From positions 2,644,578-2,708,577 of the forward strand of contig CP136572.1 of the NCBI GenBank assembly GCA_035193785.1: a stretch of DNA of 64,000 nt, read 5' to 3'. A program made the position numbers and the translations under genes. This DNA is from Planktothrix sp. GU0601_MAG3. GTDB taxonomy: Bacteria > Cyanobacteriota > Cyanobacteriia > Cyanobacteriales > Microcoleaceae. Shown here piece after piece: positions 43,268 through 53,831 of this stretch; within the stretch, counting starts at the first letter, position 1; each line of letters begins with the position of its first letter. Under the pieces are notes generated by a model. The model ran no database searches and was not told the DNA's origin. It was given only the letters and a program-made list of their open reading frames with translations.

Positions 43268-45118
43268 ATGAATTTTGAAACTTATTTGCGATCGCTTCAA
43301 AAAAATTTACAACGCGGGAGTGAACGCACCCACTATCCCGGTTTAAAAACCTTATTGGATTATCCCTCAGAACAAATTGAAGCCAGTATTGAAGAAAAAG
43401 GAAATAAAGCCGGAATACCTGATTTTACGGTGAGGAAACGTGAGTTATTAATTGGATATGTAGAAGCCAAAGATTTAGGAATAGACTTATCAACCGTCGA
43501 AAAAACAGAACAGTTAGAACGTTATCGAGAATCCCATATTGGGGCTAACTTAATTTTAACAAATTATTTAGAATTTCGTTGGTATATTAACGGGAAACTG
43601 CACTTAAAAACAGTTTTAGGGGAACAAGTTAATCATCAGATTCAATTGATTGATTCTGAACCAACAAATCAATTAATTCAAGGATTTCTGAACTATCAGG
43701 GCGAAATAATTAATAACCCTGAAGACTTGGCAAAACAGATGGCACGATTGACAAAAGCCATTCGTTATGCAGTTATAGAAGCCTTAAAACTAGAAACAGA
43801 AACGGGACAACTGCATCAACTCCAGAAGGGATTTCAAGAGGTTTTATTACCGAATTTAGAACCGTCTACTTTTGCCGATATGTATGCTCAAACCGTCGCT
43901 TATGGTTTATTTACAGCTAGGGTTAGTCATGCTCAAAACCCTCAAAACTATGCTTTTGAACGACGCACCGCCGGGTTATATATTCCCGATACTAACCCGT
44001 TTTTAAAGCGGTTATTTAATACCGTTGTTGATACGGATGTGCTTTCTCAAATTAATTGGGCTGTCGATGATTTAGTGCAACTTTTAGCCCAAGTTAATAT
44101 GACCAATATTTTAGAAAATTTCGGCAAAAATACCCAACAGAAAGATCCGGTTGTGCATTTTTATGAAACCTTTCTCGCCGCCTATGATGCCGCCTTGCGG
44201 AAAAGTCGAGGAGTTTATTATACACCGGAACCTGTGGTATCTTTTATTGTGCGTTCAGTAGATTTAATTCTGAAAAATCGGTTTAATTTAGCGTTAGGTT
44301 TGGCTGATTATACCCAAGATAAAACCACCAAACAGCCGAGGGTACAAATTCTTGATCCCGCAACGGGAACCGGAACATTTCTCTATACTGTGGTGAATCA
44401 AATTTACCAAAATTTAGAGGAAATGGGGTTAGGAAGTAGTTGGAATGATTATGTTAAGGAGCATTTATTTAATCGTTTATATGGATTTGAATTGTTAATG
44501 GCTCCATACGCGATCGCCCATTTAAAATTAGGATTACAATTGCAAAATTATGGTTATCAATTTCAAGATAAACAACGGTTAGGAATTTATTTAACTAATA
44601 CCTTAGATGAAGCGTTAAAAAAATCTGATATATTATTTGGTCAATATGTTGCCCAAGAAGCCAATGAAGCCGCAGCAATTAAGCAGGATTTTCCGGTTAT
44701 GATAGTCATAGGTAATCCCCCTTATTCTGGGCATTCTGCCAATAACAGTGAATGGATATCAGGATTAATTAAAGAATATTATTATGTAGATGGTGTACCA
44801 TTGGGAGAACGTAACCCGAAATGGTTACAAGATGATTATGTTAAGTTTATTCGGTTTGGACAATGGCGAATTGACCGTACAGGTTCAGGAATTTTAGCAT
44901 TTATTACCAATCATGGTTATCTGGATAATCCTACTTTTCGAGGGATGAGACAAAGTTTAGAGAAAACCTTTGATGAAATCTATATAATAGATTTACATGG
45001 TAATAGTAAGAAAAAAGAAGTGACTCCCAATGGTTTACCCGATAAAAATGTATTTGATATTCAGCAGGGAGTCGCAGTTTGTTTTATGATTAAATATCCC
45101 CAGGAGAAAAGAGTATGA
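43268..45118 (+). CDS. Type IIG/ISP-like R-M enzyme, N-terminal part (nuclease + N6-adenine MTase)
   Basis: PDF...YVEAK PD-(D/E)xK motif, GVYYTP, LDPATGTGTF, GNPPY. Confidence 0.9.
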   Translation: MNFETYLRSLQKNLQRGSERTHYPGLKTLLDYPSEQIEASIEEKGNKAGIPDFTVRKRELLIGYVEAKDLGIDLSTVEKTEQLERYRESHIGANLILTNYLEFRWYINGKLHLKTVLGEQVNHQIQLIDSEPTNQLIQGFLNYQGEIINNPEDLAKQMARLTKAIRYAVIEALKLETETGQLHQLQKGFQEVLLPNLEPSTFADMYAQTVAYGLFTARVSHAQNPQNYAFERRTAGLYIPDTNPFLKRLFNTVVDTDVLSQINWAVDDLVQLLAQVNMTNILENFGKNTQQKDPVVHFYETFLAAYDAALRKSRGVYYTPEPVVSFIVRSVDLILKNRFNLALGLADYTQDKTTKQPRVQILDPATGTGTFLYTVVNQIYQNLEEMGLGSSWNDYVKEHLFNRLYGFELLMAPYAIAHLKLGLQLQNYGYQFQDKQRLGIYLTNTLDEALKKSDILFGQYVAQEANEAAAIKQDFPVMIVIGNPPYSGHSANNSEWISGLIKEYYYVDGVPLGERNPKWLQDDYVKFIRFGQWRIDRTGSGILAFITNHGYLDNPTFRGMRQSLEKTFDEIYIIDLHGNSKKKEVTPNGLPDKNVFDIQQGVAVCFMIKYPQEKRV

Positions 45119-45279
45119 AATGGCGTGTTATTTTAGAACCTGACCCTGAAACCGGAGATTGGGCTATTTGGTGTCCAGAGTTACCCGGTTGTGTTTCCGC
45201 AGGTGAAACGGAAGCAGAAGCTTTAGAAAATATTCGGGAAGCGATCGCACTTTATTTTGAACCTAGATCAGTAGAATAA
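45115..45279 (+). CDS. short HicB-family antitoxin-like protein, 54 aa (not in ORF track)
   Basis: MKWRVILEPDPETGDWAIWCPELPGCVSAGETEAEALENIREAIALYFEPRSVE*; ATGA overlap with the upstream stop. Confidence 0.85.
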   Translation: MKWRVILEPDPETGDWAIWCPELPGCVSAGETEAEALENIREAIALYFEPRSVE

Positions 45280-45282
45280 TTT

Positions 45283-46528
45283 ATGACTAAGTTTTATCAC
45301 GTTGATATTTGGGGTTTCAAGGGAAGATAAGTATAGTTATCTTAATGAAAATGATTTTACTACAATTGAGTGGAAAGAAATTTTTCCTACTTCACCGTTT
45401 TATTTTTTTATTCCTCAAAATCAAGATTTATTAGTAGAATATAACCAAGGCTGGAAAATTACTGATATATTTCCTGTTAACTCTGTAGGGATAGTAACTG
45501 CTCGAGATAATTTTGCTTTAGCTTTTGATCCAGATATTTTAAGAAAACGGATAGAAGATTTTAGAAATTTTGATATTAATGATGATGTTATTGCAGAAAA
45601 ATATGAAATCAATGATACTCAGGCTTGGAAAATCAAAAATAGTAGACAATCATTAGCCAATAATTCTGAATGGGAAAAATACTTTACTTATTGTCTCTAT
45701 CGTCCCTTTGATCGGAGAAATTATTATCATCACGACGATCTAGTGGAACGTCCTAGAAATGAAGTAATGCGTCATATTCTAGCAGGAAATAACATAGCAA
45801 TTTATACTTGTCGTCAGATTATAAGTGACTCCTGGCGACATTCTCTAGTAACTAATAATTTAACTGATGATTGTTATGTTTCTAATAAGAGTAGAGAACG
45901 CGGTTATATTTTCCCCCTCTACCTTTACCCGGACACGGAAAATGCCCAAGGTACATTATTTAAAGAAACCACACCCAACCTATCACAAAAATTCCTCAAC
46001 GCTATTAGAGAAAAACTAGGTTATATTCCTACACCAGAAGCAATATTTTATTACATATACGCTATTTTTTATAGTCCCACATATAGACAAATTTACGCCG
46101 AATTTCTCAAAATAGATTTTCCTCGCTTACCCCTAACTAGCAATGAGCAATTATTTAAAAATTTAGCTAAAAAAGGCGAAGAATTAGTTAAATTACATTT
46201 AATGGAATCTCCACAACTCAATCGTTTAATTACCAAATATCAAGGCGAAGGAGATAACAGCGTTACAGAAGTAACCTATAAACCGCAACAGCAACGAGTT
46301 TATATTAATAAAACCCGTTATTTTGAAGGGATACCGCAGGAAATTTGGGAATTTAAAATTGGCGGGTATCAAGTGTTAGATAAATGGTTGAAAGACCGCA
46401 AAAAAGCTAATCGGAGTTTGTCTTTTGATGATATTCTGCATTATCAAAAAATTGTTATTGTGTTAACAGCAACATTAAATATTATGAAAGAAATTGATCA
46501 AATTATTCCTGAATGGCCGATTGACTAA
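45283..46528 (+). CDS. R-M enzyme C-terminal specificity part (Type ISP C-terminal-like; +1 artefact at 45314-45318)
   Basis: repaired MTKFYHVDIWGSREDKY; GIVTARD, YRPFD, FLKIDFPRLP, IGGYQVLDKWLKDRK. Confidence 0.85.
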
Positions 46529-46551
46529 AACGCCATCAAAATATTAATCTT

Positions 46552-46599
46552 GAGAAAACAGAATGAAATAGTGTGTTATTTTGGAATTTGATCCTGAAA
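46552..46599 (+). pseudogene. degenerate second copy of the hicB 5' end
   Basis: 40/48 identical to 45104-45151; codon 3 TGG changed to TAG. Confidence 0.7.
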
Positions 46600-46779
46600 A
46601 CTGTACCCGACTAGACCAGGAAATGCTATATAGCAGTCACGTCTAACAGTGTTTGACTCATATTGATGCGGTAAATTGCTTACGGTGAATTCCTTTTCCT
46701 CCCGATAGCAAGATAGCCTGCTACAATACTAATACCGAGGAGGTGATTTTTCTGTTTGCTGTAGACTTCCCCTTTAGGA

Positions 46780-47304
46780 ATGAAGAAACCGCGTAAATCT
46801 CAGGTCATAACGCCGATAGAAGATCCTTGGAGTCTTTCTAGTTTGGTCAATCCCTCTGATTTACTCAAATATTATGGCTTTGAATTAGCAGACCAGACCC
46901 CGGAACAAATTATTGATCGGTGGCAAAAAGAACATGACCCAGATTGGTTTTTACCCGCTATTTTAGAATCTTTATATCAGGGACGCTATAAAGCTATTTC
47001 TGTAGAACATATCTTAATTTATTGGCAAAGACGAGGAAAAAAAATTCATCATTTTACTCCAGAATTTGAACGTTTAATTTGTCATCGTTTCCCCCAAAAG
47101 TTATTAATAGGGAGTCAAAATCAAGATACATCAATAACGGAGCAAAATCTGAAACTATCTGAAAACAATGAATTAGAACCGAACCAAACCGATAAAATAT
47201 CCCTAAAACATCCTGATTTTCACAAGAAGTTAAAGGGATTAATTGATAATACGGAAAAAGAAAAAGGTAAACATCAATCTAGTTCAGTTAATCCGAAGCC
47301 GTGA
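46780..47304 (+). CDS. conserved cyanobacterial hypothetical protein
   Basis: YYGFEL, ESLYQGRYKAISVEHIL, HHFTPEFERLIC. Confidence 0.75.
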   Translation: MKKPRKSQVITPIEDPWSLSSLVNPSDLLKYYGFELADQTPEQIIDRWQKEHDPDWFLPAILESLYQGRYKAISVEHILIYWQRRGKKIHHFTPEFERLICHRFPQKLLIGSQNQDTSITEQNLKLSENNELEPNQTDKISLKHPDFHKKLKGLIDNTEKEKGKHQSSSVNPKP

Positions 47305-47557
47305 CATTTTCATAAACTCCCTGATCACGTTTGACTAACTTCGTAAATCCGGCGCTTTTGTAATCAGCATTAGAAGTGGGAATAGATAGCATTGGCGCAC
47401 TCAGCACCCGACGAACTAGAGCCTCTTTCGGAGTATCCCCCAGGTCACGGTTTGCTAACTGACACACCTCACCCCAGGTGGTAATCTCCTGGGCTAAGGG
47501 GTGCATCACTTCTACTGTTTGGTTGTTGCTGGGACAGAAATAATCGTAGATTGGCAT
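47288..47557 (-). CDS. FmdB-like zinc-ribbon protein
   Basis: MPIYDYFC start, GFTKLVKRDQGVYENVT. Confidence 0.75.
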   Translation of the reverse strand: MPIYDYFCPSNNQTVEVMHPLAQEITTWGEVCQLANRDLGDTPKEALVRRVLSAPMLSIPTSNADYKSAGFTKLVKRDQGVYENVTASD

Positions 47558-47898
47558 AGCAAAGGGTTGAATTTCAATAACGACAAATTGGTGTTATCCC
47601 CATTAGGGATAATTTTATCAAAGTTTCAGTCTATGGGAAGCACAGGGAAAGAAAACCGGATGCAATTTTGCCAAAATCGGAGATAATACAAAAGCTGAGG
47701 AGATGATTCGGCGGCCATTGACTCAACCTGATTTTATTCTTGGTTATCCCTGGGAAAATCAGATCAAAATATTTTTGGGATAATAAATTGGAGGGGAAAC
47801 GCAATTCAAATCCATTGAATTTCAATAAATTTCTAAATTAACTGCCCTGAGAAATGTTAAACAAACTGTCAAATATAGCTGTAAATGAGGACTAATCC

Positions 47899-48495
47899 AT
47901 GAGTGATTTTAAACCAACTCCCGAAACGAATATGACAACCACTCAACTTTTAGACCGCTATCAACTCCATGATGCGAATACCCTAAAAACTTGGGCAAGT
48001 TTGCATGGAATTTGTCAACAGGATGATCTATTTGCTCCCGCAGAAGTCGATTTGATTGATCATGTTCATCATCATATTTATAATCTGGGAATGACCGTTG
48101 ACGAGTATCAAAATTTCTTAAATCATCGTCTCAATCGAATCCAAACTACGGTAGAAGTTCAGCCACCTATTATTGATCAAAATCCCGTTTCTGACCAGAT
48201 CACAACCGACGCTTCCCAAGCGGTAGAATCCCTCATGGAACAGTATTCTGAAGCCATAGAATTCATGGGAGAACGCATTGCCGATCATTTTATTGATGAA
48301 TTAGATTTATCCGTAATGCGTCATTTGGCGATTAAAGTCAAAGAACGTCAATTATTAAATGGTCAAGCACCTAAACCCAATCGTTTCTTAAGAACAATTC
48401 AAGCGGTATTAAAACCGAAAAATAGTCCTTTATTAACTTCTCCTTCTCCTGAAGAAAGCACTGTTCAGATGGAAAGTAATCACCGTTTAGGTTGA
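47899..48495 (+). CDS. hypothetical protein
   Basis: 198-aa ORF, GAGGA SD, followed by hairpin. Confidence 0.7.
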   Translation: MSDFKPTPETNMTTTQLLDRYQLHDANTLKTWASLHGICQQDDLFAPAEVDLIDHVHHHIYNLGMTVDEYQNFLNHRLNRIQTTVEVQPPIIDQNPVSDQITTDASQAVESLMEQYSEAIEFMGERIADHFIDELDLSVMRHLAIKVKERQLLNGQAPKPNRFLRTIQAVLKPKNSPLLTSPSPEESTVQMESNHRLG

Positions 48496-48512
48496 TTAAG
48501 AAGTAGATAGTA

Positions 48513-48551
48513 GTTTAGGTTGATAGTTAACTCTTAATCCTCAACCTAAAC
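48513..48551 (+). terminator. hairpin
   Basis: GTTTAGGTTGA...TCAACCTAAAC. Confidence 0.55.
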
Positions 48552-48579
48552 CCTCACCAATTTGACTTAAACTCAGCCC

Positions 48580-50182
48580 ATGGACTCATCTTTAACTCCT
48601 CAAAATCTTGTTAAATATTTATATCAACAGGCTAATTATCATTTAGTCCATCAACAGGTTGATCAAGCCCTTTCTCTTTGTTTTGTGGCTCTTAATTTAG
48701 ATCCAGACTATGCACCTATTTCTAAAACTTTAGGGTTAATTTGGCAAGTTCAAGAGGATTTTGAACAGGCAGAATTTTGGTATCAGAAAGCCCTGAAATT
48801 ACAACCCAATTATGCAGAAGTTTATGGAAATTTAGGAGATATTTATAGTCAAAAACAAGACTGGGAAACGGCAATTTTAAATTATAGAAAGGCGATAGAA
48901 TGTAATCCTAATCTGGCGTTAATTTATCTAAATTTAGCTCAGGTTTTGATGAAAATTGATCAACAGGATGAAGGGGAGGAACTCTGGTATAAAGCCCTGC
49001 ACTTAGAACCAGGTTTGGGGACATTTAATGACTATTTAAACCTGGGAAATCGACTATTTCAAAAACGGAAAATTAATCCGGCAATTTTTTGTTATCAAAA
49101 TGCCATTCAAGCCAACCCGAATGGGTATGAACCCTATCATAATTTAGGAGAGGCTTATATGCAACTCCAACAGTGGGATAAGGCTATGCAATTTTATGGT
49201 CAAGCTGTGGAGAAAAATAATCAGATATTTTCTTCCTATCTGGGTTTGGGGAATGCGAATAAACAATTAAACAGATGGGAAAATGCAATTAATTGTTACC
49301 AGCGAGTCATAGAATTAAATCCTACGGCCTATTTACCCCATTTTCAAATCGCGGAAATTAGGTTTCAATTACAAAAATGGGATGAGGCGATCGCCTGTTA
49401 TCAAAATGCGCTAAAACTAGAAGACAAAAATCCATATATCTATTTATCTTTAAGTCGAGCTTATAGTTATCAAAAACAATGGGAAGAAGCGATCGCAGCT
49501 TCTCAAAAAGCCCTACTATTAAGCCCTGATTTACCCCATGCTCATACCCATTTAGGTAATTTTTTATCAGAAATTGGTGGATTAGAAACCGCCATCCAAG
49601 CCCATCAAAAATCCCATTATTTAAGGGGATGGAATTCCAGTCTGGAAAAAGATTATCATTTTACCAAAGATTGGTTTAGCGTTAATATCCCCAACTGGGA
49701 AAAAGCTCTACATTCTTTCGCTAATTCTCCCGAAATTCAAGGCTTAGAAATTGGCAGTTTTCAAGGGATGTCAGCCTGTTGGTTACTGGATTATATTTTA
49801 ACCCATCCTACGGCAAAAATAACCTGTATAGATTTAAGTTTTCAACCAGAATTTGAGGGAAATATTGCCAAAACCGGAGTCCCCGAAAAAGTCACCAAAT
49901 TAGAAGGATATTCCCAAGAAATCTTAGCCTCCCTAACTCCTAATACCTACAATTTTGTTTATATTGATGGCTGTCATTTATCCTCGGTGGTCTTACAGGA
50001 TGCTTCCCTCTCTTGGAATTTACTTAAACCGGGGGGAATTATGATTTTTGATGATTATGAATATCGAGATCCTGAAACACCCGGAAGAAGACACGGGTAA
50101 AGGAATTGATCAATTTATGAATACCCTCTCTCAACCCGTGAAAATTCTGTATCAAGCCTATCAGTTAATTATTCAGAAATAG
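48580..50182 (+). CDS. TPR-repeat protein with C-terminal class I SAM methyltransferase (+1 artefact at 50074-50078)
   Basis: multiple TPRs, LEIGSFQG, YIDGCH, LKPGGIMIFDDY; repaired end ...KGIDQF...QLIIQK*. Confidence 0.85.
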
Positions 50183-50316
50183 GAGAAAGGATCAAGATTA
50201 TTGTAACCACGAAGACACCAAAACACCAAGAATTTATCCACCATCCCGATCTCCTGTCTTCAACTTTTGCTAAACTAATCTTAAGAAAAGTAAATAGTTG
50301 AATCAATCGGAGCTTC

Positions 50317-53237
50317 ATGTTAGAGATTACTTCCTCAACGAACATCCAGATGGAAACCATGGTATCTTCCGCCCCCAGGGATAACGGAAACCCCCCCCAG
50401 TCCCAGGGGTTTGCCCAACGGCATCTAGGCCCCAATCCCGTTGAGATTCAACAAATGTTAGAATTGTTGGGGGTTTCTAGTTTAGAAACTTTGATTGAGC
50501 AAACTGTTCCTGCTAGTATTCGCCTCAATCGTAGCCTAAAATTACCAGAAGCCTTAAGTGAATATGCGGCTTTAAATCAATTAAAAGCGATCGCCTCTAA
50601 AAATCAAGTCTATCGTTCTTTCATTGGCATGGGATATTCCGATTGTATCACACCCGGAGTGATTCAAAGAAATATCCTAGAAAATCCCGGTTGGTATACG
50701 GCTTATACGCCCTATCAGGCTGAAATTGCCCAGGGTCGTTTAGAAGCATTACTAAACTTTCAAACCCTAATTATTGACTTAACGGGATTAGAAATAGCTA
50801 ACGCTTCCCTACTCGATGAAGCTACGGCTGCCGCCGAAGCCATGAGTCTGAGTTACGCCGTTTCTAAAACCCAAGCTAAGGGCTTTTTTGTCTCCCAAGA
50901 TTGTCACCCCCAAACCATTGATGTAGTTAAAACCCGAGCAATTCCCCTGGGCATTGAGATTATTATTGCAGATCATCATACCTTTGATTTTAATACTCCG
51001 ATTTTTGGCTGTTTACTGCAATATCCTGCTAGTGATGGGACAATTTATGACTATCGAAACTTTATTGAAACTGCCCACAAACATCAGGCTTTAGTTACGG
51101 TGGCGGCGGATATTTTAAGTTTAACCCTATTAACTCCTCCCGGGGAATTGGGAGCAGATATTGCCGTCGGAAGTACCCAACGGCTGGGGGTTCCCCTGGG
51201 TTATGGTGGCCCCCATGCAGCCTATTTTGCCACCAAGGAAACCTATAAACGCAACGTTCCGGGTAGGATGGTAGGTGTGTCTAAAGATGCCCAAGGAAAC
51301 CCCGCCTTGCGGTTAGCTTTACAAACCCGTGAGCAACATATTCGCCGCGATAAAGCTACCAGTAATATTTGTACTGCTCAAGTATTATTAGCGGTAATTG
51401 CTAGTTTGTATGCGGTCTATCATGGGCCGTCTGGACTTCAAGAAATCGCCCAAAATATCCATCAATTAACCCTAACCTTAGCAGAAGGGTTAAAACGGTT
51501 AGGGTATGCAATCGGAACGGAACCCTTTTTTGATACAGTTAAAGTTAAATTAGGGAAGAAATCCTTAACGGAAATTCTGTCAGCATCCCAAGCTCAAGAG
51601 ATCAATCTCCGAGTCATTGATCATCAAACCGTTGGTATTAGTTTAGATGAAACCACAACCCCTCAAGATTTAATCGATTTATGGGAAATCTTTGCGGAAT
51701 CTGAATTAACATTTACCGTTGAAGATGTTTTAAACCCGTCAGAAAACCTAACTGCATTTACCCGAAAATCTGCCTATTTAACCCATCCAGTTTTTAATAG
51801 TTACCATTCAGAAACCGAACTTCTACGTTATATTCATCGCTTAGAAACCAAGGATTTATCCTTAACTACTTCGATGATTCCTTTGGGCTCCTGTATACCA
51901 TGAAACTTAACGCCACGGCGGAAATGATTCCGGTAACTTGGCCAGAATTTGGAAAACTCCATCCTTTCGCCCCAAAAGACCAAACCCAGGGCTATCAAAT
52001 TCTGTTTGAACAATTAGAAAACTGGTTAGCAGAAATAACAGGATTTGCCGGAATTTCGTTACAACCCAATGCAGGTTCCCAGGGGGAATATGCCGGATTA
52101 TTAGTTATTCGCCACTACCACGAAAGTCGGGGAGAAATTCATCGAAATATCTGTTTAATTCCCGAATCTGCCCACGGGACAAATCCTGCCAGTGCCGTGA
52201 TGTGCGGGTTTAATGTGGTTCCCGTTGCCTGTGATGACCAGGGTAATATTAATATTAATGACTTGCAAGCTAAGGCTGAAAAACATCAAGCAAACTTAGC
52301 TGCTTTAATGATAACATATCCTTCAACCCATGGTGTATTTGAAACCGGAATTGAGGATATTTGTACGATCATTCACAACAACGGCGGACAGGTTTATATG
52401 GATGGGGCAAATATGAACGCCCAAGTCGGGTTATGTCGCCCCGGGGATTTTGGGGCCGATGTCTGTCACCTCAACCTGCATAAAACCTTCTGTATTCCCC
52501 ACGGGGGCGGCGGGCCAGGGATGGGGCCGATTGGAGTTGCTGCCCATTTAGTTCCTTTCCTCCCTGGTCATGGGGTCGTGGATATCCAAGGAAGTCAAAC
52601 CGGGGCCGTTTCCGCCGCGCCTTGGGGGAGTGCGAGTATCTTGGTGATTTCTTGGATGTATATTGCCATGATGGGGGCAAAGGGATTAACAGAAGCGACA
52701 AAACTGGCAATTTTAAATGCGAATTATATTGCCCATCGTTTAAATAACTATTACCCGATTTTGTACAAGGGAAATCAGGGATTTGTTGCCCATGAATGTA
52801 TTTTAGATTTGCGGGGCGTGAAGAAATCTGCGGGTATTGAAGTTGATGATATTGCCAAACGATTAATAGACTACGGATTCCATGCCCCGACGGTATCCTG
52901 GCCCGTGGCGGGAACCATGATGGTCGAACCAACTGAAAGCGAATCTAAACCGGAATTAGATCGGTTTTGTGAGGCGATGATTGCCATTTATCAGGAGATT
53001 TCCCAGATAGAATCGGGGGCGATGGATGCCACTAATAATATGTTGAAAAACGCACCCCATACGGCAATTTCCCTGCTTTGTGGGGAATGGAATCGTCCCT
53101 ATTCCCGGGAACAAGCCGCCTATCCCGCCCCCTGGACAAAAGACCATAAATTCTGGCCGTCTGTGGGACGAATTGATAATGCTTTTGGCGATCGCAATTT
53201 TGTCTGTTCGTGTTTACCAATGGATGCCTATAAATAA
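50317..53237 (+). CDS. gcvP: glycine dehydrogenase P-protein (2-nt frameshift at about 51893-51897)
   Basis: [39 protein letters not shown]. Confidence 0.95.
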
Positions 53238-53260
53238 TTGAAATAATCCCTAAAACCCTC

Positions 53261-53314
53261 GTAGAGACGTGCCATGGCGCGTCTCTACATGATACGGATG
53301 CGTAGAAAACATTT
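53261..53314. repeat. GTAG...CTAC palindromic dispersed repeat with tail
   Basis: same as 15651-15704. Confidence 0.9.
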
Positions 53315-53315
53315 A

Positions 53316-53829
53316 TTACTTTTGTTTGCGCCGAGGAATTAAGGGAGGTTTTGCAGGTTTCATAGGACTTTAATCCTCCATCTCCCGTCAGAATTTCAAC
53401 TTCATAACCTGACTTTGCATAATAATCTGCGACTCCTTTAATAGTTGCATCTCCGAGGGATAGTTTTTCCAGGACTAACTGAGGAAATTCATTCGCTAGT
53501 TGTTTAATTTGTTCAGAATTCCATAATTCCGACTGTTCGGTAAATGCAGCCCAAGGGGTTTGGTTATCAGCCGTTAATTTCATTAATTCTGCTAATTTTA
53601 GAGCGATTTCATATCGTAGATTAGAAGATTGGGCAATATGATTTCCCGTTTCAATAATAGAAGCTAAGGGTAAAACAAATGTTGTTTTTAATTTTTCTTC
53701 CTGTTGTAAAATTTTCTCAACTTTGGCTTTATCCCAAAAATTTTCTTTTGAACCACAGGTTTCTTTACCTGGAACTCCTAACCAAACACAAAGGATAGAA
53801 GTATCAAAAATTAATACTTTTCTCACCAT
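53316..53829 (-). CDS. PIN-fold putative ribonuclease (+1 artefact at 53357-53361; true stop 53316)
   Basis: acidic tetrad IFDTS, IIETGNH, SLGDATI, LTGD; repaired end SYEPAKPPLIPRRKQK*. Confidence 0.7.
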
Positions 53830-53831
53830 TT

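Noticed and set aside
48580..50182. TPR-methyltransferase as a DNA methylase partner of the R-M locus
   Set aside because: Lacks DNA MTase catalytic motifs (NPPY/DPPY/PC); resembles small-molecule or glycan methyltransferases.
53032..53315. Long C-terminal extension of the PIN ORF overlapping gcvP
   Set aside because: Produced by the +1 artefact at 53357; repaired stop is 53316.
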